This document shows positions 22,738-31,756 of a DNA stretch of 35,174 nt, in pieces. Made by a program: the position numbers and the translations under genes. The stretch lies in contig NW_021834789.1 in assembly GCF_006345805.1 (NCBI RefSeq), positions 1-35,174 on the forward strand, read 5' to 3'. The notes below the pieces were generated by a model. It did not search any database. It saw nothing but the letters and a program-made list of their open reading frames with translations, and had not been told where the DNA came from. This DNA comes from Octopus sinensis. Lineage: Eukaryota. The stretch's first letter is position 1; the number at the start of each line of letters is the position of its first letter.

Positions 22738-22765
<28 letters not shown>
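22395..22765. repeat. Compound minisatellite: five copies of tacgcgcatacgttcatgaata separated by (CA)n(TA)n of variable length
   Basis: Cores start at 22426, 22481, 22579, 22633 and 22688 (the last has one substitution). Confidence 0.92.
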
Positions 22766-22768
<3 letters not shown>

Positions 22769-23431
22769 GGGGCGATTCCAGGTCATCAGCGTCACACGGG
22801 CTCATTACAGTCTTCGTATAAGACACATTTCTACTCGAAGAATTTCCCGTTTTCGCGCTTTATTTCTAGCCGCAAATGGCTTATTTTTTTTACATCTAAC
22901 ACGATGTCTTTCTCCGTTTCTAAGTTAAAGATTAAAATAAAGCAACCCTGCAAAACACGACTGATCTTTGCGCACAGATGCACAGAGTAAGAGCAATGAA
23001 ATTACGACAGCGGAGTGCACAAGCAAACATCAGCGATCTGACTGTCGCTTGTAATCTTGACAAGAGATGCCAGTTTGTCTTTTACACCTACCAGGCTCGT
23101 TCCTATTAGCCCGAGTTGCTCGATAAATTTTCGTTCCGGATCTTTTCTGCTTGAACGGCAGTTTTTTAAAGTAATTTCCACGTAACTAAACACTTTTAAA
23201 CTTCGTATACTGGTAGAATGTGTTTATAAAACATCTTTTTCTCTTGGCTTTATTGAGAAAATTCTATAGTATGTAAGATATTTGTTGTTTTTTTCTACAA
23301 TTTCTGCAATTTCAACCAATCAATGACGTCTATTGAGGTAAAAAAAACATTCTGTGCCGTATGAATATGTCCCTCGTTGAAGATTGGGTTTATTTACATT
23401 TCTGAAGAAAAAAAGATACCCTTCCCCCCAC

Positions 23432-23459
23432 CCCTAACCCTAACCCTAACTAACCCTAA
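23432..23459. repeat. Short interstitial (CCCTAA)n telomere-like run
   Basis: ccctaaccctaaccctaactaaccctaa. Confidence 0.7.
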
Positions 23460-23918
23460 AACATATCGAAATGCAATAGATCGATACTAGGGTCATAACT
23501 ATGGGTGACAATTTCATATAACGTTCCTTTAAGAATATTACAGAACGCAAACTTTTCATGGATTTGAATTTAAATATTAATCTTTCAAAAATTTATAGTT
23601 TCAAGAAAATATTGTATTTGAATTAATTTTAATTTTTACGATTATTGATAAGAACTCGGGCTGTAACTTCTGAGCCCGAGTCAGGCGCGTGTGAACGATG
23701 TCGAGAGAACGTCTACTACGAATGATATTTTCTGACAAAGAGGGTGAACGAAAATAAACCAACAGCGACCAGGCTCAATAAAAGGAGCCCAAGTTATTGG
23801 CTGCAATTACATACTTGAAGTCAGTGTTGGCAGAAATCAGCTTATAGATACACGTCCACCTTATTAAATTTATATTCGGGCTAAGCTCGAATGGCCCGAG
23901 TGCCGGAGTCACCATATA

Positions 23919-23956
<38 letters not shown>

Positions 23957-23987
23957 CAATACAAGCAACAAGGATATCCAAAGGTAG

Positions 23988-24075
23988 TGTAGTACAATCG
24001 TTTCATGCTACTTCATTTAATTAAACAATGTAAGTATTACATCAGATTTAAAATGTAAAGCACTCTTCAGCCACA
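23988..24075 (-). ncRNA. Type I hammerhead ribozyme fold (second family), predicted cleavage after GUA between 23993 and 23992
   Basis: Minus strand: UGUGG-CUGAAGA-GUGCU[two hairpins]AGCAU-GAAA-C-GAUU-G-UA|CUACA. Stem I 5 bp, stem II base 5 bp, minimal stem III. It sits beside a (TA)n tract. Confidence 0.68.
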
Positions 24076-24252
24076 TATGGACCTTTTTAATTAAATTGAC
24101 AATATTCATTTTTATACTTATTCCATTTAGACAAAGAGATAAATCTATCTATCTATCTATCTATCTATATATAATGGCGGTGCCCCAGCAGAATGGTGGT
24201 GCCCCAGCATGGTCACAGCTCGTGAGATGAAACTAGATAAAATAAAAATAAA

Positions 24253-24610
24253 ATCATCATCATTGTTTAATGTCCATTCTCCATGCTAGCATGGGTTGGA
24301 CGGTTCGACCGGGGATCTGGGAAGCCAGAAGGCTGCACCAGGCTCCAGTCTTATCTGGCAATGTTTCTACAGCTGGATGCCCTTCCTAACGCCAACCACT
24401 CCGAGAGTGTAGTGGGTGCTTTTTACGTGCCACCCGCACAGGTGCCAGGCGAGGCTGGCAACGGCCACGGTCGGATTGGTGCATTTTACGTGCCACCGGC
24501 ACGGAAGCCAGTCGAGGCGGCGCTGGCATCGGCCACGAGTCGGATAGTGCTTTTTACGTACCACCAGACCAGGGGTTCTGGCTGGTTCAATTGGATTTCG
24601 ATTCGAATTG
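24253..24610 (-). mobile_element. RTE-clade LINE 3' UTR fragment with (GAT)n tail
   Basis: Reverse complement of the 17665 and 27172 UTR family. Confidence 0.85.
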
Positions 24611-24760
24611 ATATATATAATATATATAAAATAATATATCAACAATCAAGGAACGGCCATAATAGGCCATTCACCCACTAGAAATAACAGCCAAAGCTTC
24701 AACCGCAAATAAAAATCAATTCCGTAAACAGGAGAAAATTTAAAAAACATTTACCCTGCA

Positions 24761-24867
24761 ATTTCTTAGACGATGCACCGTTTCATCTGCTGTTTAATGG
24801 TAAACTAACCTGATTAAATTAAATCAAGCCAATCTTCCATAGGCCCTCAGATTCCTCAGTAAGAAAT
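24761..24867 (-). ncRNA. Type I hammerhead ribozyme, array copy 1
   Basis: Reverse complement of the 26548-26654 fold. Predicted cleavage between 24769 and 24768. Confidence 0.85.
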
Positions 24868-25248
24868 AGCCCAGTCGGAACAGATATTTTCACGAGGCAT
24901 TTCCGACCCTGTCAAGGCAATATCTGACCTAAAATTTTCAAATCATCGCACTCGCGCCAAATTTATCGGCAGCAAATAAATATAAGCCGTCGATTCCATT
25001 ACGGAATTAACCAGAAAATTCATAATTAATCATATAGGGCGGCAAAAAAATTTTGTAGATTTTTTTGCCACCAGCGGCCTAGTGGGAAAAAAATTAAATA
25101 GTCATAGACCATTTTTAAGTTCAACATCAACAATCAAGGAACGGCCATAATAGGCCATTCACCCACTAGAAATAACAGCCAAAGCTTCAACCGCAAATAA
25201 AAATCAATTCCGTAAACAGGAGAAAATTTAAAAAACATTTACCCTGCA

Positions 25249-25355
25249 ATTTCTTAGACGATGCACCGTTTCATCTGCTGTTTAATGGTAAACTAACCTG
25301 ATTAAATTAAATCAAGCCAATCTTCCATAGGCCCTCAGATTCCTCAGTAAGAAAT
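25249..25355 (-). ncRNA. Type I hammerhead ribozyme, array copy 2
   Basis: Same fold, offset +488. Confidence 0.85.
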
Positions 25356-25736
25356 AGCCCAGTCGGAACAGATATTTTCACGAGGCATTTCCGACCCTGC
25401 CAAGGCATTATCTGACCTAAAATTTTCAAATCATCGCACTCGCGCCAAATTTATCGGCAGCAAATAAATATAAGCCGTCGATTCCATTACGGAATTAACC
25501 AGAAAATTCATAATTAATCAATATAGGGCGGCAAAAAATTTTGTAGAATTTTTTTGTCACCAGCGGCCTAGTGGGAAAAAATTAAATAGTCATAGACCAT
25601 TTTTAAGTTCAACATCAACAATCAAGGAACGGCCATAATAGGCCATTCACCCACTAGAAATAACAGCCAAAGCTTCAACCGCAAATAAAAATCAATTCCG
25701 TAAACAGGAGAAAATTTAAAAAACATTTACCCTGCA

Positions 25737-25843
25737 ATTTCTTAGACGATGCACCGTTTCATCTGCTGTTTAATGGTAAACTAACCTGATTAAATTAAAT
25801 CAAGCCAATCTTCCATAGGCCCTCAGATTCCTCAGTAAGAAAT
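25737..25843 (-). ncRNA. Type I hammerhead ribozyme, array copy 3
   Basis: Same fold, offset +976. Confidence 0.85.
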
Positions 25844-26547
25844 AGCCCAGTCGGAACAGATATTTTCACGAGGCATTTCCGACCCTGCCAAGGCAATATC
25901 TGACCTAAAATTTTCAAATCATCGCACTCGCGCCAAATTTATCGGCAGCAAATAATATAAGCCGTCGATTCCATTACGGAATTAACCAGAAAATTCATAA
26001 TTAATCAATATAGGGCGGCAAAAAATTTTGTAGAATTTTTTTGCCACCAGCGGCCTAGTGGGAAAAAAATTAAATAGTCATAGACCATTTTTAAGTTCAA
26101 CATCAACAATCAAGGAACGGCCATAATAGGCCATTCACCCACTAGAAATAACAGTCTAAGAAATTGCAGGGTAAATGTTTTTTAAATTTTCTCCTGTTTA
26201 CGGAATTGATTTTTATTTGCGGTTGAAGCTTTGGCTGTTATTTCTAGTGGGTGAATGGCCTATTATGGCCGTTCCTTGATTGTTGATGTTGAACTTAAAA
26301 ATGGTCTATGACTATTTAATTTTTTTCCCACTAGGCCGCTGGTGGCAAAAAAATTCTACAAAATTTTTTTGCCGCCCTATATTGATTAATTATGAATTTT
26401 CTGGTTAATTCCGTAATGGAATCGACGGCTTATATTTATTTGCTGCCGATAAATTTGGCGCGAGTGCGATGATTTGAAAATTTTAGGTCAGATATTGCCT
26501 TGGCAGGGTCGGAAATGCCTCGTGAAAATATCTGTTCCGACTGGGCT

Positions 26548-26654
26548 ATTTCTTACTGAGGAATCTGAGGGCCTATGGAAGATTGGCTTGATTTAATTTA
26601 ATCAGGTTAGTTTACCATTAAACAGCAGATGAAACGGTGCATCGTCTAAGAAAT
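26548..26654 (+). ncRNA. Type I hammerhead ribozyme, array copy 4 (inverted arm), predicted cleavage after 26646
   Basis: AUUUCUUA(26548-55)-CUGAGGA(26556-62)-AUCUG...CAGAU(26563-67/26626-30)-GAAA(26631-34)-CG-GUGCAU-CG-UC|UAAGAAAU(26647-54). Confidence 0.87.
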
Positions 26655-26896
26655 TGCAGGGTAAATGTTTTTTAAATTTTCTCCTGTTTACGGAATTGAT
26701 TTTTATTTGCGGTTGAAGCTTTGGCTGTTATTTCTAGTGGGTGAATGGCCTATTATGGCCGTTCCTTGATTGTTGATGTTGAACTTAAAAATGGTCTATG
26801 ACTATTTAATTTTTTCCCACTAGGCCGCTGGTGGCAAAAAAATTCTACAAAATTTTTTGCCGCCTATATTGATTAATTATAAAATAATATATATAT

Positions 26897-27662
26897 ATGA
26901 GAGAAATGCTGGACATAACAAGCATCGGATGTGGCATGCAAGAAAGAAGTTTGCGCTGGTATAGTCATGTACTCCGGAGGGATGAGGAGAGATGTGCGAA
27001 GAAGTGCCACTCCCAAACAGTTGAAGGTATCCGGGGTAGAGGTAGACCCAGGAAGACGTGGAATAAGGTGATCAAGCTTGATCTTCGAGCGTTGGGCCTC
27101 ACAGAGGCAATGACGAAAGACCGAGACCTCTGGAGATATGCTGTGACAGCGAAGACCCGACAAATAACGTGAGGCTGTTTCCTGCACCAGCTTCACATAA
27201 CAGCCCCAACCCATCGAAAATACCTTGGATCTCAGGACGGCCTACTGTGCTTACCTTGGATCGTAGGGTGACCTGCTGTGCTTGAGGAGACCTACTGAGT
27301 CAAGTACATCAACATCGAAATAAAAATCAAATGGAAATTGTAGTTGTGATACCCGTGCCAGTGGCACATACAAAACACCATCTCAACGAGGCTGATGCCA
27401 CCGCGCCGTCTTGACTGGCTTCCGTGCTGGGGGCACATAAAAAGCACCAACCGATCGTGACCGTTGCCAGCCTCCTGGGGTACCTGTGCTGGTGGCACGT
27501 AAGAAGCGCCCTCTAAACTCAGAGTGGTTGGCGTTAGGAAGGGCATCCAGTTGTAGAGACAATACCTGATCAGATTGGAGCCTGGTGCAGCCTCCTGGCT
27601 TCCCAGACGACGGTCGAACCGTCCAACCCATGCTAGCATGGAAAAATGACGTTAAACGATGA

Positions 27663-27665
<3 letters not shown>
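26897..27665 (+). mobile_element. 5'-truncated RTE-clade LINE: ORF C-terminus plus long 3' UTR and (GAT)n tail
   Basis: ERSLRWYSHVLRR...VEGIRGRGRPRKTW...DLRALGL...DRDLWR carries the RTE RLRWxGH, GRPRKTW and DRxxWR motifs. The UTR matches the other copies. Confidence 0.9.
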
Positions 27666-27706
<41 letters not shown>

Positions 27707-27717
27707 GTGTATATATA

Positions 27718-27748
<31 letters not shown>

Positions 27749-28320
27749 CATTTCTGTGTGTATGTATGTGGTATGTATGTTGTATTATGATGTATGTATG
27801 TAGTATGTACGTATGTATGTTGTATGTATGTATGTACGTATTATGTATGTATGTATGTACGTATGTACGTATGTATGTATGTGTATGTATGTATGTATGT
27901 ATGTATGTATGTATGTACGTAAGAATGTACGTAAGTATGTACGTATGGATGTATGTATGTACGTATTATGTATGTATGTATGTACGTATGTATGTGTATG
28001 TATGTATGTATGTATGTATGTACGTAAGAATGTACGTAAGTATGTACGTATGTATGTATGTATGTACGTATTATGTATGTATGTATGTACGTATGTACGT
28101 ATGTATGTATGTGTTTGTATGTATGTATGTATGTATGTATGTATGTACGTATGTACGTATGTATATACGTATGCATGTACGTATGTACGTATGTATGTAT
28201 GTATGTATGTATGTGTGTATGTATGTATGTATGTATGTGTGTATGTATGTACGTATGTATGTATGTATGTATGTGTGTGTATGTGTGCGCGTGTGTATTG
28301 TGGCTTTGTGTGTGTGTCTG
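27666..28320. repeat. (TA)n followed by a long (ATGT)n/(ACGT) compound microsatellite with internal higher-order duplications
   Basis: Direct runs; the aagaatgtacgtaag variant recurs at 27921 and 28026. The MYV/HTY ORFs are artefacts. Confidence 0.95.
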
Positions 28321-28339
28321 TCATTTACGTTTATCTCCA

Positions 28340-28480
28340 TGTGACTTAGCGGTTCGCTATAATAGGCCAATAAAATCTACCAGACAAAAATGAGAAATAA
28401 CTGGTGTCAATTTCTTAGATTAAAATTCTTCCATGCGGTGCCCCAGCGTGGCCGCAGTCTAATAACTGAAAAAGTGAAAA
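28340..28480 (+). mobile_element. SINE family A tail
   Basis: acttagcggttcg...gcggtgccccagcgtggccgcagtctaataactgaaa. Confidence 0.75.
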
Positions 28481-28729
28481 AAACTACAAAATTCCTTGGT
28501 AACACTTTAAAACTAAGGGACGTAACTCTTGTACCTCCCACTGTGGCTTTATCTGCTAGAAATAGCAGCCAAAATGGTTTTAAACCACATCCCAATACTG
28601 GATCTTCAAGAACCAAATGAAGAGCAGAGTTTCAATCCTGGGATCATCCTGATTCCAAAAAGGTAGAATATGTCTATGTAGACTGAGGGACAGGGGTCAC
28701 AGGCACAAGGGAATTTCGCTTTTATTAAG

Positions 28730-29582
28730 GCGCGAGCTGGCAGAAACGTTTGCACGCCGGGCGAAATGCTTAGCAGTATTTCGTCTGCCCTTACGTTCTG
28801 GGTTCAAATTCCGCCGAGGTCGACTTAGCCTTTCATCCTTTCGGGGTCCATTAAATAAGTACCAGTTACGCACTAGGGTCGATATTACCGACTTAATCCG
28901 TTTGTCTGTCCTTGTTTGTCCCGTCTGTGTTTAGCCCCTTGTGGGTAGTAAAGAAATAGGTATTTCGTCTGCCGTTACGTTCTGAGTTCAAATTCCGCCG
29001 AGGTCGACTTTGCCTTTCATCCTTTCGGGGTCCATTAAATAAGTACCAGTTACGCACTGGGGTCGATACAGACGACTTAATCCGTTTGTCTGTCCTTGTT
29101 TGTCCTCTCTGTGTTTATCCCCTTGTGGGTAGTAAAGAAATAGGTATTTCATCTGCCGTTACGTTCTGAGTTCAAATTCCGCCGAGGTCGACTTTGCCTT
29201 TCATCCTTTCGGGGTCCATTAAATAAGTACCAGTTACGCACTAGGGTCGATATTACCGACTTAATCCGTTTGTCTGTCCTTGTTTGTCCTCTCTGTGTTT
29301 ATCCCCTTGTGGGTAGTAAAGAAATAGGTATTTCATCTGCCGTTACGTTCTGAGTTCAAATTCCGCCGAGGTCGACTTTGCCTTTCATCCTTTCGGGGTC
29401 CATTAAATAAGTACCAGTTACGCACTGGGGTCGATATAGACGACTTAATCCGTTTGTCTGTCCTTGTTTGTCCCGTCGGTGTTTATCCCCTTATGGGTAG
29501 TAAAGAAATAGGTATTTCGTCTGCCGTTACGTTCTGAGTTCAACAATTCCGCCGAGGTCGACTTTGCCTTTCATCCTTTCGG
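28730..29582 (+). mobile_element. SINE family B with one full head followed by a 184-bp tandem array (about 4.4 units)
   Basis: gtatttc.tctgcc starts at 28776, 28960, 29144, 29328 and 29512. The core gccgaggtcgact..gcctttcatcctttcggggtc resembles the conserved Meta-type SINE domain (from recall, unverified). Confidence 0.9.
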
Positions 29583-29597
29583 ATGTTATAATATAAC

Positions 29598-29774
29598 ACA
29601 CTCACCGGTAAAATTCCCACTTTTTTCTTATTTTTTATTGTACTTGCAACCTATATATATATTATATATATATATATATATATACATACATACATATGTA
29701 TATAGGTTGCAAGACGCAACGAAAATTTTAGGACAATAAAATAAGAAAAAAGTGGGAATTTTACCGGTGAGTGT
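29598..29774. repeat. Inverted repeat (37-bp perfect outer arms, 15-bp inner arms) around a (TA)n spacer; family P ends
   Basis: 29598-29634 is the reverse complement of 29738-29774, and 29643-29657 is the reverse complement of 29699-29713. Confidence 0.9.
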
Positions 29775-29944
29775 TTTACATAATAAGGCACAAAAAGAAA
29801 TGATTCTCTCCACACAACGGAATTATTGAACTTCAGTATTACAACAACCAAAAAATAGAAACACATTTTCTTATGCGAATATAGTGTTGCGTTGACAATT
29901 TCAATTCAAAGTTTTTATTCATTCTGCAAATCTTGTCCGTTGAT

Positions 29945-30285
29945 CCCATGCTAAAAACGTCCTTATAGACATTGGTTTGAGTTTTACCTGTAGGGGTGAA
30001 AATGAAAAAATTGTCTTTGCTCCCCACTCTGGAACCCCAGGATATGTCTGTGTGAAAAACAAGCCTTCTCTAATTGCAAAGAAGTAACTTTGAATGTCTG
30101 ATCTTGGTACTTATCAATGGACATCGCAAGAGACTGACGTATTGGAAATTGAAGTCGTTTGAGTTCGAAGGGAATATTTGAAGGTATTAAACTTAAGTGA
30201 GGCATAAATATATCTTCACCTTTTCCAAAGACAAAAAATTCTTGCTTCTATGATATTTCTCGTTAATTTTTTGGATTTTCTTTTT
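29945..30285 (-). pseudogene. Helitron PIF1-family helicase C-terminal fragment
   Basis: Minus strand: KKLTRNIIEARI...GKGEDIFMP...IPSNIPFELKRLQFPIRQSLAMSIDKYQDQT...ACFSH; GSKDNFFIFTPTGKTQTNVYKDV. This matches the Helitron helicase consensus KRxQFPxxxAFAMTINKSQGQT...FSHGQLYV...NxVY. Confidence 0.85.
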
Positions 30286-30354
30286 TTGTCTGCTATTCAT
30301 ACAGGCGCACAAGAAGTGTATGAACATACACACTACTTGTCTTTATACTTCTCT

Positions 30355-30359
30355 GTCTG

Positions 30360-30430
<71 letters not shown>

Positions 30431-30435
30431 CTCTT

Positions 30436-30486
<51 letters not shown>

Positions 30487-30537
30487 CTCTATCTATCTAT
30501 CTATCTATTTATCTATCTATCTATTTATCTATCTATC

Positions 30538-30592
<55 letters not shown>

Positions 30593-30608
30593 ATCTATCT
30601 ATCTATCT
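30355..30608. repeat. (ATCT)n microsatellite
   Basis: Direct run. Confidence 0.95.
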
Positions 30609-31091
30609 AAGGAAAGTGAGAGTAGAGAGGCAAGTTTTGTCGAGCGAATGTTTTAAAAAAAGATGGGTGAATGTAGCAAGAATGGCACGTATGAATGACG
30701 AAGCCACCTTGAGCATAATCCTATGAACCCAGAAATTGAAAACAGAGATTTGCTTATTTGCAAAAAAAAAAAAAAAAAAATATAAAATGTGACTTCATTG
30801 ACCGAGGTTACCGTGGTCTTTTCCGTAGGCTTTTCTTTCCACGGGTAAACCTCACCTGTCCTCCCCTTTACACTTCATATTGACATTTCTGTGATAACGA
30901 TCCCTATTGATCAATTTTTTTTTTTTCCTCTCCCTCTTTTCACCCCCCCTTTTTTGTCCTCTTTCTCTCCTTTTACGATCCCTTTTGATCGAAACTCCCC
31001 CCTTTCCTTTTTTTTTTAAACCTTCAAAAGAAAAGCTCTACCTTGTAATTTGTTCTATCTGTGTGCAGCCCTGTGTGGCTAATAAAGAAAC

Positions 31092-31092
31092 A

Positions 31093-31151
<59 letters not shown>

Positions 31152-31210
31152 ATACATATATGTGTGCGAGGAGAGAGAGAGAGAGAGGGAGAGAGAGAGA
31201 AAGAGAGAGA
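31092..31210. repeat. (ATCT)n then (GA)n microsatellites
   Basis: Direct runs. Confidence 0.93.
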
Positions 31211-31584
31211 AATATATCTATAGATACAGGTACCAAAAAATACCTTAGGAATGTGAACTCAAATTTCCCCAAGACACCTGATGAAGGCTGAAGGGTATAA
31301 AAAATAACATCTAGAATCACTTCCCTTGCGTCATATAAAACCGACGTGAGAGTTTCGAATTGAAATGGGTTCGTTTTTCGCTTGCGAAGGGGACACGAGC
31401 ATTGGCGCACCAACAGACACACATACGCATGCAAGCTTCCTGCTGATACCTTTAACAATTAAACATCAACTAGCTTATAATTTACATTTAATTACACGCC
31501 ACAACTATATAAAGTAATAACAATATCTAGTACAACCCTTGGTTATTATTTTGTTTCAGATATGCGTGTCTGAGTATATACACC

Positions 31585-31750
31585 TATGTATGTATGTATG
31601 TATGCATGTATGTATGTATGTATGTATGTATGTATGTATGTATGTATGTATTTGTATGTATGAAGATATATAGATAAATAGATAGATAGATATATAGATA
31701 CATATATATTATCTATATATCTATATCTATATATATATATATATATATAA
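31585..31750. repeat. (ATGT)n/(TA)n microsatellite
   Basis: Direct runs. Confidence 0.93.
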
Positions 31751-31756
31751 TATTAC

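Larger units (their letters stand above)
24641..26880. mobile_element. Retrozyme-like array of ~488-bp units: about 3.1 units (ribozyme on - strand, 24641-26154) fused head-to-head to about 1.5 inverted units (ribozyme on + strand, 26155-26880)
   Basis: aacaatcaagg starts at 24641, 25129, 25617 and 26105 (period 488). From 26155 the sequence is the reverse complement (period about 490). Units differ by only a few substitutions and homopolymer lengths. There is no ORF and one hammerhead fold per unit. Confidence 0.9.

Noticed and set aside
22395-22765. CRISPR-like repeat-spacer appearance
   Set aside because: The spacers are microsatellites, the context is eukaryotic, and there are no cas genes.
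23432-23459. Telomere-like repeats as evidence of a chromosome end or fusion
   Set aside because: Only about 4 units, embedded in what appears to be an interspersed repeat.
29995-30090. Plus-strand frame with GTPGY (kinase activation-loop-like) after an AG
   Set aside because: No APE follows, a stop comes soon after, and the opposite strand is clearly Helitron helicase.
31277-31300. ctgatgaaggctgaagggtata, resembling the 5' half of a Penelope-type hammerhead
   Set aside because: There is no closing stem II strand, GAAA or stem III downstream, so it is at best a truncated remnant.
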